DNA from: an uncultured Verrucomicrobiae bacterium
GTDB taxonomy: Bacteria > Verrucomicrobiota > Verrucomicrobiia > Chthoniobacterales > JAFAMB01
Assembly (NCBI GenBank): GCA_963813025.1
Contig: CAWEXO010000011.1
Coordinates: 96,001 to 160,000, forward strand
DNA length: 64,000 bases
Direction: 5' to 3'
A program made the position numbers and the translations under genes. The notes below the pieces were generated by a model that saw nothing but the letters and a program-made list of their open reading frames with translations, did no database searches and was not told the origin of the DNA. Below, piece after piece: positions 49,980 to 59,766 of the stretch; positions within the stretch are counted from its first letter, which is position 1, and every line of letters starts with the position of its first letter.

Positions 49980-50331
49980 TTGGAATCGTGATTTCACGAG
50001 AAACCCGGATAACCCCAGTACCGTCTTCATGTTCCGGCACGGTCGCGTTGTAATAACGAATATGGCCTTCATCAGTTTGCTGACTTGTTCTTTGGTTTTG
50101 TTGCTGCGCCCAATAGCTGCGTTTGATCTGGTCCGAAACACCTTTGGTGTAGCCTTTCGCAAATTCGATTGGCACCTTTCGCGCGTTCTCACCATCAGCC
50201 AGCAGCGGATCACCTTGGTCGGTCAGCGCTTCCGCTCCTCTTCCTTGCATCGTCTGCTGGCCTTTAGGCACAGTTGGGCCGACGGTGCACCCAGTGGCCA
50301 GCACGGCAATGAACACAAACCACTTCTTCAT
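49969..50331 (-). CDS. Small T4SS lipoprotein (VirB7/TraV-like by position)
   Basis: MKKWFVFIAVLATGC lipobox; overlaps virB4 stop. Confidence 0.65.
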   Translation of the reverse strand: MKKWFVFIAVLATGCTVGPTVPKGQQTMQGRGAEALTDQGDPLLADGENARKVPIEFAKGYTKGVSDQIKRSYWAQQQNQRTSQQTDEGHIRYYNATVPEHEDGTGVIRVSREITIPIVE

Positions 50332-53177
50332 AAGATTGGCTCGGTCGCGCATTCTTCGCTGGCAGCGTCGATCTTCTCCGATTCGGCAATAATCCCGGCA
50401 ACAATATTCCGGTACTGGCTCAGGGTAAGGGTGCGCAGATCAAAGATCTCATTATCACTCGAAGCCGCGTAGAGAAGCTCCCGGGAAGCCACATTCTTAA
50501 CCGTACCGACGAGCCGTCGGTTCTTATCGTTGGCCACGTAGGTAAACGCGCTAAAGCGCTCCCTCGGATCCATCAGCTCGGGCAAGGGATAGTTATGAAT
50601 CGTCTCAACCGCTTTCTCCGACAGACTGAGTGCTTCACCAATATCGCGGGCATCTTCTCTGCTTTGTTGAGACGTAATCAGAAACATCTTTGAGTTTCCG
50701 ATCATCGCGCTGCGAACGGGTGATTGTTTGAGAATGTCGTACTGCTGAACGACAGCCAGGATGTTACAGCCGAACTTGCGCATCTGTCGATAGTACTCCT
50801 GGATCATCTTCACTCCTCCGGGGATATCGAGTGTCCGGGCCGCTTCTTCAAAGATCGCTAGTTTTGGGACGGCACGCGGCATTGAGATAATCTTTTGGCG
50901 CCCGTAATTAGCGACCAGAAAGTTAGCGGCCGCGCGCAATTCGATGGCGTGTTCGGGAATCTGACCTAATTCGAAGTGAGCAACCCGGCCATCAATACGG
51001 ATATTGCTCACTCCGTCAAAAAGCTTTCCGCGCTCACCGTGACGGCTCCATGCTCGCAGCAATTTCCCTACCCGATCGGTTTCCTGACGGTCCCTCTCTC
51101 CGCCGCTTGAACTATAGAGTAGCTGTTCGACCAACGCGTTATGCGTGGGAAACTGCTCGGGTCGGAAATAGGCAAAGGCTAAATCGCGCACAAGCGATGC
51201 CGTCGCCGGATTTTTGGCGAACTCCGCTACTTCATTTTCGTCTTGTGATTGAAGGAAGACATGAGCCTCGTCCGCGCACGCTTTCTCCCAGTCCCGGAAA
51301 GCGGCAAACGCATCGACAAAGTTAAATTGCGAACTTCTCATTTTTGTCCGCAAATACCTGTCGATAGCCGAGGCGCGCCACCGGAGTTCCTCGCCGGCTG
51401 CTTCATGGGCCACTAACCAATCGTGAAAAACATCGGTATAAAGTTGCTGCAGATGTTCCACGATCATCGTTTGGCGGAGCGCTTTCCGTTCATTATCCAA
51501 ACCGTGGTCACCGCAAAAGAGCAGGCAAAGTCCGGCGCTAAAAGCGAGATGCATGGGGGATAGCGGCGACTCGCAGGTGTCAAGGTAATTAATTGTTAAG
51601 TTTCCATTCGGGTTAATCACGACAGGGTTGCACCCCTGCGTCTGAGTAAGAACGCCATGAGAAAGGCCCTCTTCAACAACTAAACGAAAACCGAATCGGT
51701 GCCCGATCTGGGCCAGCAGGTCACCGATAATAACCGACTTACCAGCGCCCGTCATACCAAAGACCACGCCGTGCTGCGGAGTGTTTCCCAAGCGGGTCTT
51801 GATCCCCACCAGGTTACCCCGGGCGCCATTGTAAATGGCTTCCGCTCCGTCCAAATGGCCGGTAAAGGTCGCCGACCAGGGTATCAGATCGGCAAGATAG
51901 GCGTCTTCCGCTGGCAGATCGAACTCCCGATAGGTGCCGCAGGTCCAGCCGGGCCAGGTCTGGTAGAATAGTTGGCGGGCGTTTTCCGGAATGATTGCGT
52001 GATGAACCACGGCACCGCCCATCGCGATAAACGCGTTCCGCATCGCGACACAACGAGCCGCCAGCGCGTCGGGATTCTGATGCCACAATCGAACAACGTA
52101 AAGGCAATCAAGGGGAATAACTTTGCCTTGCTGGATTTCGTGTACCTTCTCCTGTTTCGCGATCAGATCGGCGACTAACGACTGCTTTCGCTCGGAAGCG
52201 GCATCGATCTGGAGTCGTTGAATATGGCCCTCCTCGCGTTCGATGACTCGATCGATCGCTTTCGGGTAAACGTTGAGGGTAATTCCGTACTCTTGAAAGC
52301 CCATGCCGGTCAACGCCGTGACGATCCCGGGGAACGTTCGCCGAGGCCATTGGCGAACCGCGAAAATCGCGTGGTGATAGGAGCCGAGTGTAAAAGAGAC
52401 ACCAGGAAGATGTGACGGGCTGATGCCATCGGTATGGAGGCAGTTCTGCTGGATGGAAACGCCGGGATCGAAAAGCTCTATCGGATTGATCTCGGTCACG
52501 CCGAAGTTGGTGTTCAGGAACCGGTAATAAAAGAGAAAATGATCTCGATCAGAAAGCGGCGCTGTCCGGCAATCCGCGAACAAGCGGTTCAAAGTTCCGA
52601 GACCAAAATCGAGCAGCGCCCGACTTTCTTTGCGGGCCAGCGTATCGAAATACTCGGTCAAAACTCGCGGAGTCGTCAGCGGGGCGTGCGTCTCAATGGT
52701 ACGAGTAACAAAAACCGTCAGCCGTTCCCGGCGGAGGCGCCCTTCTTCCATCGCCGCTTTATAACGTTCGTAACGTTCCGCTCTGACCAGCACACCAAAC
52801 TGCCCGTAAACCGGGTCTTTCCGCCGAATCGAGAGTGTCTCCCGGTGATATTGATCGAGTTCGTGTCGATAGTCGCTGTCGATACTCCACTGGAATTGCA
52901 AACTGTGTTCTTCACCCATCGTGCCAACGAGAATACGGAGCCGCTCGTGAAGATCGTTGAGCTGGGTCACGCTGAAAGTGTTCACCTCGCCCGGCTCGAC
53001 GCTGAATCCGCGGGAAATCGCGGTTCGCCGGGAAGCGCCGTCGCCGAACCAGAGCAGGTCATGCAGGAAGAAACCATTCGGCATGCCGTGCCGCAACACG
53101 CGCGAGCTCGGTGCGCCCCGCCTCCCGGTCATCCGGCAGGCAATCGTACTCCCCAGATTGACAAGGGGTTGGATCAT
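50328..53177 (-). CDS. virB4: VirB4/TraC-like T4SS ATPase
   Basis: 949 aa; HGVVFGMTGAGKS, VEEGLS, HFELG, IFEEA, QMRKFG..VVQQ. Confidence 0.85.
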   Translation of the reverse strand: MIQPLVNLGSTIACRMTGRRGAPSSRVLRHGMPNGFFLHDLLWFGDGASRRTAISRGFSVEPGEVNTFSVTQLNDLHERLRILVGTMGEEHSLQFQWSIDSDYRHELDQYHRETLSIRRKDPVYGQFGVLVRAERYERYKAAMEEGRLRRERLTVFVTRTIETHAPLTTPRVLTEYFDTLARKESRALLDFGLGTLNRLFADCRTAPLSDRDHFLFYYRFLNTNFGVTEINPIELFDPGVSIQQNCLHTDGISPSHLPGVSFTLGSYHHAIFAVRQWPRRTFPGIVTALTGMGFQEYGITLNVYPKAIDRVIEREEGHIQRLQIDAASERKQSLVADLIAKQEKVHEIQQGKVIPLDCLYVVRLWHQNPDALAARCVAMRNAFIAMGGAVVHHAIIPENARQLFYQTWPGWTCGTYREFDLPAEDAYLADLIPWSATFTGHLDGAEAIYNGARGNLVGIKTRLGNTPQHGVVFGMTGAGKSVIIGDLLAQIGHRFGFRLVVEEGLSHGVLTQTQGCNPVVINPNGNLTINYLDTCESPLSPMHLAFSAGLCLLFCGDHGLDNERKALRQTMIVEHLQQLYTDVFHDWLVAHEAAGEELRWRASAIDRYLRTKMRSSQFNFVDAFAAFRDWEKACADEAHVFLQSQDENEVAEFAKNPATASLVRDLAFAYFRPEQFPTHNALVEQLLYSSSGGERDRQETDRVGKLLRAWSRHGERGKLFDGVSNIRIDGRVAHFELGQIPEHAIELRAAANFLVANYGRQKIISMPRAVPKLAIFEEAARTLDIPGGVKMIQEYYRQMRKFGCNILAVVQQYDILKQSPVRSAMIGNSKMFLITSQQSREDARDIGEALSLSEKAVETIHNYPLPELMDPRERFSAFTYVANDKNRRLVGTVKNVASRELLYAASSDNEIFDLRTLTLSQYRNIVAGIIAESEKIDAASEECATEPIL

Positions 53178-53512
53178 TCCGGGAAGAGGAAAGGATGGTG
53201 CGGTTGGGCTTTTGCCGGACGAAACGCCGGGCCATTCACCCAGGAAGCGAGCAGATCACGATCGAAACGCGGAGGGCGCCGGTTGCGGAACAAGATGATG
53301 TAGCCCGCGGTCAAAACGGTCGGAGCCAGGGACACCATGAATTTGACGGCGAGAGGGAGCATATTGCGCCCGCTGAAAAGCATCGTAAGGACAAAGACCG
53401 AGACCATGCCCGCGACGATCACCGGCATGCCGAGATTCCCCTCAAACCCAAAGGCATGTCCTGTCGATTTCGCCCGTGGCCGGGTGTCGGTGTAGATCAG
53501 ATTATCTTTCAT
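53174..53512 (-). CDS. VirB3-like small membrane protein
   Basis: Two TMs, FGFEG, RPPRFDRD; lies between pilin and virB4. Confidence 0.6.
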   Translation of the reverse strand: MKDNLIYTDTRPRAKSTGHAFGFEGNLGMPVIVAGMVSVFVLTMLFSGRNMLPLAVKFMVSLAPTVLTAGYIILFRNRRPPRFDRDLLASWVNGPAFRPAKAQPHHPFLFPE

Positions 53513-53537
53513 CGAGTCGCGGTATACCGAGCGTGAC

Positions 53538-53903
53538 CTAAAATCCGCTAACCGCGTTCGCGGTGGGGCTGCCGCCACTGAAGAGCGCGAACAACGCCTT
53601 CATCAAAACTACGGCGCCGGCCACGCCGATTCCGTAGACGACTGTCATCTTCCAGTTTTCGTCCCGTTTCGCGTTCAGAAATCCTCCCATTACCATCACG
53701 CAGCCGGCGATGAAGCCAAAAATGGTGATTAGATTCAGACCGCTCTGGAGCGGATTAGTAAAGTTGCTCAGGTTGGCAGCCTGACCGGTTTGAGCAAAAA
53801 TCGGTGTTGCCTGGAGAAGAAGGCTTGCCAGCAAGCCCGCGAAAAGCTTCAGCACTCCGGGCCGGCTCGCTCGCGGGAGCGCTGTGGACGATGCTCTGTT
53901 CAT
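53538..53903 (-). CDS. VirB2/TrbC-like conjugative pilin
   Basis: Long signal peptide (PIFA|Q) then two hydrophobic helices split by NAKRDENWK; first gene of operon after an AT-rich spacer. Confidence 0.65.
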   Translation of the reverse strand: MNRASSTALPRASRPGVLKLFAGLLASLLLQATPIFAQTGQAANLSNFTNPLQSGLNLITIFGFIAGCVMVMGGFLNAKRDENWKMTVVYGIGVAGAVVLMKALFALFSGGSPTANAVSGF

Positions 53904-54012
53904 AACTCTATTTATAAACGTATGTTTAGAAGTGGCAAGATAATTCTTACTGGATTTTTAAGTGTTATATGTAGATCCGCGCTGAGCGCGACTCGGCGCC
54001 TCGATAGAACCG

Positions 54013-54927
54013 ATGGATCAGAGGACCTGTAGCGAACAAGTTTCCAACTTGTCGGGGGCTTTAATCCCGGTATTTTCGCTGCCGGTGCCAGAGAATGATC
54101 CAATAGCTTTTGCCTTGGCCGAAGACATCGGATCGGGGGACCTGACCTCGACCTTCTTCGTGCCAAAACACCGGCGATCGCGGGCCCGCATTTTCGCCAA
54201 GGAACCAGCCGTTGTTGCCGGCACCGGAGTGGCTGAGCAGGTATATCAAACGGTCGACTCAAGCCTCGACGTAGTCATCACTATTCCAGATGGCACGCCT
54301 GTCTCGGCGGGTGACACCGTGTTGCAAATCAGTGGAACTACTCGTTCGATTTTGACTGGTGAACGCGTGGCGTTGAATTTCATCCAGCGACTCTCCGGGA
54401 TCGCTACGCTGACGCGAGAGTTTGTTCGCCGAACCGCCGGAACAAGTGCGAAGATCCTCGACACGCGTAAGACCACCCCCGGGCTACGCCGCCTGGAGAA
54501 GGCAGCGGTGAAAGCAGGCGGTGGACAGAACCATCGGATGGGTTTGTTCGATGGCGTTATCGTCAAGGATAATCATCTCCTCACTCGACCAGAACTGGCG
54601 GAGGCCATCCACGCTCTCAAGCAGACTCATCCCGACGTCATGATCGAGGTGGAGGCTGATTCGTTGGATCAGGTAAAAACGTTTGTCCAATTGCCCGGGG
54701 TCGACCGCATCCTCCTGGATAATATGTCGCCGACTGCGTTGAGAGCGTGTGTCGCGCTGCGCCGACCGAACCTGACTTTCGAAGCGAGTGGCGGGATTAG
54801 CCTGGACACGGTTGAGGAAATCGCGAAAACGGGGGTGGATTACATTTCGGTCGGGCAACTGACCCATTCGGCTCGCGCGATTGATTTTTCCTTGGAGCTG
54901 CTCGATGAAGAAATCGGGCGAAAGTGA
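54013..54927 (+). CDS. nadC: Quinolinate phosphoribosyltransferase (true start probably ~54085)
   Basis: ALAEDIG.GDLT, ERVALNF, DTRKTTPGLR, HRMGL, KDNH, LLDNM, EASGG. Confidence 0.95.
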   Translation: MDQRTCSEQVSNLSGALIPVFSLPVPENDPIAFALAEDIGSGDLTSTFFVPKHRRSRARIFAKEPAVVAGTGVAEQVYQTVDSSLDVVITIPDGTPVSAGDTVLQISGTTRSILTGERVALNFIQRLSGIATLTREFVRRTAGTSAKILDTRKTTPGLRRLEKAAVKAGGGQNHRMGLFDGVIVKDNHLLTRPELAEAIHALKQTHPDVMIEVEADSLDQVKTFVQLPGVDRILLDNMSPTALRACVALRRPNLTFEASGGISLDTVEEIAKTGVDYISVGQLTHSARAIDFSLELLDEEIGRK

Positions 54928-55660
54928 GCTGCTCCGTTTTCTTCTTCATAGAGAGCGGACGTCAACCGAACTACAAACGCAGTTTGGCTGGGACAGACCT
55001 ACACTGGAGACCAACCTGGCGTCCCTGCAGGACGCCGGAATCGTCTTCCACCGGAACAACCAACGCATTTGTCTGGTGCGTGAACCTGACCAGCTGATCC
55101 CGGCGACGATCCTCGCTCGATTAGAAACCGAATTTGTGGGGCGGGAGGTCGTCGTCCTCCGTGAGACCGGATCGACCAATGACCGGGTTCGGCAGGCCGC
55201 CCTCGGTGGTGAAAAAGCGGGTCTGGTCATCTTTGCCGAAAAACAGACGACGGGGCGAGGACAGCATGGCCGACGTTGGGTCTCGGCGGAAGGAGCCGGT
55301 CTCTGGGGCTCGCTGCTGCTCGCCTCTGATCCGGCGAAAGAAAGTGACGCGATTCTCCGCGGCGCCGCAGAGGCGACACTCCACTCTCTCGAAACCTTGC
55401 TACCGGTGAAAGTCAGTCTGAAACTACCGAACGATCTGCTGATCGACGGCGCTAAAATTGGTGGGTTTCTCCTGGAAAGTGTCGTTACTCCTCCTTGTCG
55501 CGTCTTGGGATTTGGCGTTAACGTGCGGAGTTCTCCTTCAATGCCAGAGTATCCGACGACCTTTGCGGATCACTACGCCGCGCGTCCACTCAGTCGGGCG
55601 GCGCTGGCGGCGGAAATCCTGAATCGGTTCGACCGATGGTACCTGAGAGGCCAGCTCTAA
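54905..55660 (+). CDS. birA: Biotin protein ligase with N-terminal HTH
   Basis: STND, AEKQTTGRGQHGRRW, KLPNDL, KIGGFLLE, GFGVN. Confidence 0.8.
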   Translation: MKKSGESELLRFLLHRERTSTELQTQFGWDRPTLETNLASLQDAGIVFHRNNQRICLVREPDQLIPATILARLETEFVGREVVVLRETGSTNDRVRQAALGGEKAGLVIFAEKQTTGRGQHGRRWVSAEGAGLWGSLLLASDPAKESDAILRGAAEATLHSLETLLPVKVSLKLPNDLLIDGAKIGGFLLESVVTPPCRVLGFGVNVRSSPSMPEYPTTFADHYAARPLSRAALAAEILNRFDRWYLRGQL

Positions 55661-55785
55661 CAAAGGGGGTCGTCCGAGAAGGAGGCATGTCTGCCTTACC
55701 TGGCCACGGTGCGTTATCGCGGGACGAAGGGATCGCCCAGCGTGTCGTGCGATGCCCTCGATCCCGTGACCCAGAAAGGCGTGTG

Positions 55786-56011
55786 CGTTGCGTAGCGCCG
55801 ACGGCCCCGTCGGTACTCCGGGGAGATGCCCAGCGCGGCCTTGAGCATCACCGGATCAAGTAGATCGCGCGACGTCTTGGGCGTGTTCACCGGAGTACCG
55901 ACGGGGCCGTCGGCGCTACGCAACGTCTTACGCAGGGCCTGATGCGTCGTCGATGAATCGAGGGATCGCGCAAAGGTCAAAGTCCGACACGGACGAGGCC
56001 GTCCGCGCTAC
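55786..56011. repeat. GTAG-type REP cluster: perfect 36-bp inverted pair (REPIN-like) plus a third variant copy
   Basis: CGTTGCGTAGCGCCGACGGCCCCGTCGGTACTCCGG 55786-55821, inverse at 55890-55925; variant GTAGCGCGGACGGCCTCGTCCGT on - at 55989-56011. Confidence 0.85.
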
Positions 56012-56022
56012 TCGGCCCATCC

Positions 56023-57342
56023 TCACGTTTTCGTTTCGCCGCCGTTATCCCGGCCGTCGGCCAGCAACTCATGCTGTAAAGGCAGTCGCACAGTAAACGT
56101 CGCGCCCGCTCCGGGCCGGCTCTCCACCGCGACCGTACCGCCATGCGCCTGCACAGTGTGTTTGACGATCGAAAGACCGATCCCGGTCCCTCCCGCGTCA
56201 CGCGATCGATCTTTGTGAACCCGATAAAACCGTTCGAAGATATGCGGTTGATCGCTCAACGGAATACCTGGTCCGTTGTCTTTGACCTGGAGAACAAGAT
56301 CGTCCTTATCGCATCCGGCGGTAATGACGACCTTGGTGCCGGGCACGCGGCCATATTTCAAAGCGTTGTCGACCAGGTTTAAGAGAACTTGCTCGAGTCG
56401 CAAAGGATCAGCCTCGATCACCGGGAGCGAGTCGGGTAGTTCCGCCGAAACCTCCGCCTGAAGCGCGGTAATCATCGTCTCAAGCCTTTCCACGACTCGG
56501 TCAACGCACTCACCAATATCGACTGGCTCGAAATGCAAACTGAGCTTCTGCGACTCCAATTGAGCGAGCGTCAGAAGATCCTCGACCAGCAGGTTTAAAC
56601 GTTGGGCGTGCTTCCGCATGACCTGAAGAAAACGACGAGTCATTTCTGGTTCCGCATCTCCATCCAGCAACGTTTCCAGATAGCCGGTGATAACCGATAA
56701 AGGTGTTCGCAATTCATGAGATACGTTGGCCACAAAATCTTTCCTGACGATCTCCAAAGAACGTACCTGCGAAACATCGTGAAAAATGAGGAGAACGCCG
56801 GCCAGCGGTTCGTGTTCCCTGGGCCGGAGGCGAACGGAAGTGATCTGAAAATTCCGTTGGCGAAATTGCCCGCTTTCCTGAAGCTCGACCTGCAGCTCTT
56901 CATACTGAGCTTCTTCGGAGGAAACGGTTCGACTGACCAGCTGGTGGAGTTGATGATTGCGAAACGCTTCCATGACAGTTCGACCGACAGGAGCGGTGGG
57001 CAGAGAAAACATCTGACCCAGCCGTTCGTTGGTCAGCCGGATTCGCAGTTCGGTATCGGTAATGAGGACACCTTCGACCATGCTGCTCAGGATGGCGCGA
57101 AGGCTGAAGTCTTCGTCAGCGACCCGGCGCGCAATCTCTTGTTGATGCGCCTGGATCCGTTGCAGATCGCGGTAAATGTCCTGGATAACCGGGGAGCCTT
57201 GGAGTCGCGCTTTCAATTCGCCATCGGAGGCCAAGCCGTGGACGGCTTGGCGAAGCTGAATCAGCTGCCGTCTGCAGGACCAGGCCATGATCGCCAGAGG
57301 CAGACTCACGGCTCCCCATAAGATAATCCACCAGAGCATCAC
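56023..57342 (-). CDS. phoR: PhoR-like sensor histidine kinase
   Basis: TM, PAS, DFVANVSHELRTPL, NLVDNALKY, DNGPGI, FERFYRV..RSR..GGTGIGLSIVKH. Confidence 0.8.
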   Translation of the reverse strand: MMLWWIILWGAVSLPLAIMAWSCRRQLIQLRQAVHGLASDGELKARLQGSPVIQDIYRDLQRIQAHQQEIARRVADEDFSLRAILSSMVEGVLITDTELRIRLTNERLGQMFSLPTAPVGRTVMEAFRNHQLHQLVSRTVSSEEAQYEELQVELQESGQFRQRNFQITSVRLRPREHEPLAGVLLIFHDVSQVRSLEIVRKDFVANVSHELRTPLSVITGYLETLLDGDAEPEMTRRFLQVMRKHAQRLNLLVEDLLTLAQLESQKLSLHFEPVDIGECVDRVVERLETMITALQAEVSAELPDSLPVIEADPLRLEQVLLNLVDNALKYGRVPGTKVVITAGCDKDDLVLQVKDNGPGIPLSDQPHIFERFYRVHKDRSRDAGGTGIGLSIVKHTVQAHGGTVAVESRPGAGATFTVRLPLQHELLADGRDNGGETKT

Positions 57343-58028
57343 GACTCGCGCTGTGCCAGAAACCGGTAGCCTTCGCCCCTGACCGTCACGATGCGATTAG
57401 CGACCGGGCCAAGTTTCTCGCGCAATCGTCGAACATGGGTATCCACAGTGCGCGTGTCGATCGGGTTCTCGTATCCCCAGACATCCTGCAAAAGCATTTC
57501 CCGGGTGAGAGTTCGGCCGCGTCGCTCGACCATGACTGCCAATAATTTGAACTCCGTGAGGGTCAGGTCGAGACGTTTGCCGCGGACGGTGATTCCGAAG
57601 TTGGCTTTATCCAGGTGAAAATCATCAACGTTGACGACGGCCGACCTCTGCACGGCGCGCAGCCGACGCAGGAGATTTTGAATTCTCAGGACCAACTCGC
57701 GGGGGCTAAAGGGCTTGGTGATGTAATCGTCGACACCCATCTCCAGACCGGCAAGGCGCTCGGCCGGCGCTGCCTTTGCCGTCAGAACCAAAATCGGGAT
57801 ATCACAAGTCCCTTTATTCTTGCGAAGGGCCTCAAAGACTTCCGTCCCAGTCATCTGAGGCAGCATGATGTCGAGGACGATCGCGTTGGGTCGGGTTTGC
57901 GTAGCCGCGGTCAGCCCCGACGGACCGTTCAAAGCAACGAGGACGTTAAAGCCGGCCCGATGCAAATGGTATCGGACAAGATCGACTACGTCCGGTTCAT
58001 CATCGACAACCAGGATTGTGTCCCGCAT
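57339..58028 (-). CDS. phoB: PhoB/OmpR-family response regulator
   Basis: VVDDE, LDIMLP, DDYITKPFSPREL, LTLTEFKLL, RTVDTHVRRLREKL. Confidence 0.78.
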   Translation of the reverse strand: MRDTILVVDDEPDVVDLVRYHLHRAGFNVLVALNGPSGLTAATQTRPNAIVLDIMLPQMTGTEVFEALRKNKGTCDIPILVLTAKAAPAERLAGLEMGVDDYITKPFSPRELVLRIQNLLRRLRAVQRSAVVNVDDFHLDKANFGITVRGKRLDLTLTEFKLLAVMVERRGRTLTREMLLQDVWGYENPIDTRTVDTHVRRLREKLGPVANRIVTVRGEGYRFLAQRES

Positions 58029-58293
58029 CGGATTCGCACCCTATCGAATGGGTTCGAAGCCATCAAGGTTTGACAAAAAAAATGATTCGGGCTGCGCACG
58101 CCAAGGAGTAGAGTCGAGAGAAACCGTGCGCAAACCCGAATCGCCTTAACCGATCAAAGTAGACATGAGCCTTGGCCCTGCCGTTCAAAGTTTCTTCTTT
58201 TTATTTTCGAATGATTCAGATTTAACCTTCCGGGTTTGGCAGCCCAAGGAAGGCGGTACAGCCGATAGACGATTAGCTTGAGAAACGACGATC

Positions 58294-59766
58294 GTGATCG
58301 CTAAACCCTTTATTGCCTGCGACTTAGGAGCTGAAAGCGGACGCATCGTTCTCGGCCGTTTGGACGGCGGCAAGGTCACCCTGGAGGAAGTTCATCGATT
58401 CGCCACGGGGCCTTCAACGGTGCAAGGAACTCTGCGCTGGGACATTCTTCGGTTCTTCGATGAGATCAAAGACGGCCTGCGCAAGACCAAGACGGCAGGC
58501 AACCGTCCGGCTGTGATCAGCGTGGACAGCTGGGGAGTCGACTATGCTTTGTTCTCGCGTTCTGAGCCCCTTCTTGGCCTACCTTTTCATTATCGGGACA
58601 GCCGAACGGATTCGTCTTCGGAGGAGCTGCTGAAGAAGACGGGACGAGAGTTGATTTTTCGGGAAACCGGAATTCAGTTCATGGCGATCAACACCCTTTA
58701 CCAGCTCTACGACGATGTTCTGCATCGGCCTGGGTTGCTGAGGCTGGCTGAAAAATTCCTACCAATCGCCGACTACCTCCAATACCTCCTCTGCGGGCAT
58801 CCGGCGGCCGAGATCAGCTCGGCGAGTACCACCCAGATTTTCAATCCCGTGACGGGTCGCTGGTCGGACGCGCTGATCGAGTCTGTGGGCGTGCCCCGTT
58901 CGCTGTTTCCCGACGTCGTCCCGTCCGGAACACTCCTGGGTAAACTGAGCCCTGACGTCGCAACGATGACCGGGCTGGCCGACTGCCAGGTCTGCGCCAC
59001 CTGCTCTCATGATACCGGGGCAGCGGTCGCTGGCGTTCCCGCGCGCGGAAAAAATTGGGCTTTTATCAGTTCCGGCACTTGGTCGCTCCTCGGCGTAGAG
59101 TTGGCGGAGCCAGTCATTAATGACGAGAGTCTTGCCGCCAATTACACCAACGAACTCGGCTTTGGACGGAAAGTGCGTTTCCTTAAGAATATCCTGGGAC
59201 TCTGGATTCTTCAGGAAGTCAAACGTGAATTGGCTGATCAAGGGTCAAACCTGGATTATCCGGCGCTCAATCTCCTGGCGGAACAAAGTGCTCCCCTCGT
59301 CTCGATTATTAATCCGAATCACGGGCCTTTTTTGAAGCCCGGGCACATGATCGAAAAGATCCAGGAATTTTGCCGGGCGACCGGACAGGTCGTGCCGAGC
59401 GATCCGGGAGCGATTGCGCGGTGTACCCTGGAAAGCCTCGCTCTCTCGTATGCGGATCAGCTGGCAGAGATCCGGCGGCTGGTCGGGACCTCCATCGAAC
59501 TAGTGCACGTCGTCGGCGGAGGCAGTAGAAGCCGTCTGCTGAACCAGTTCACGGCAGACGCTTCACGAATACCGGTTTCAGCGGGTCCGGTCGAGGCGAC
59601 CGCTCTGGGCAATCTCTTAGTCCAAGCCGTCGCTGCCGGTGAATTAGGTTCGCAGGACGATATTCGGGAGGTTATTCGAAACTCGTTTACTTTGGAGACG
59701 TTTCTGCCGGCCAATCCTGATCCATGGTCGGAGGCGCTGGCTTACTACCGAAAGATTATCTCATGA
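58294..59766 (+). CDS. rhaB: Rhamnulokinase
   Basis: DLGAESGR, DSWGVDY, TGIQFMAINT, HDTGAA, SSGTWSL, LKNILGLW, VGGGS, GPVEAT. Confidence 0.92.
   Translation: MIAKPFIACDLGAESGRIVLGRLDGGKVTLEEVHRFATGPSTVQGTLRWDILRFFDEIKDGLRKTKTAGNRPAVISVDSWGVDYALFSRSEPLLGLPFHYRDSRTDSSSEELLKKTGRELIFRETGIQFMAINTLYQLYDDVLHRPGLLRLAEKFLPIADYLQYLLCGHPAAEISSASTTQIFNPVTGRWSDALIESVGVPRSLFPDVVPSGTLLGKLSPDVATMTGLADCQVCATCSHDTGAAVAGVPARGKNWAFISSGTWSLLGVELAEPVINDESLAANYTNELGFGRKVRFLKNILGLWILQEVKRELADQGSNLDYPALNLLAEQSAPLVSIINPNHGPFLKPGHMIEKIQEFCRATGQVVPSDPGAIARCTLESLALSYADQLAEIRRLVGTSIELVHVVGGGSRSRLLNQFTADASRIPVSAGPVEATALGNLLVQAVAAGELGSQDDIREVIRNSFTLETFLPANPDPWSEALAYYRKIIS

Noticed and set aside
55660..55990. 6S RNA, RNase P or tmRNA candidate
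   Set aside because: The structure is explained by REP inverted repeats; no signature sequences of those RNAs were recognised.
58030..58070. tRNA-like GGTTCGAA motif
   Set aside because: No acceptor stem, D-arm or anticodon arm could be folded.
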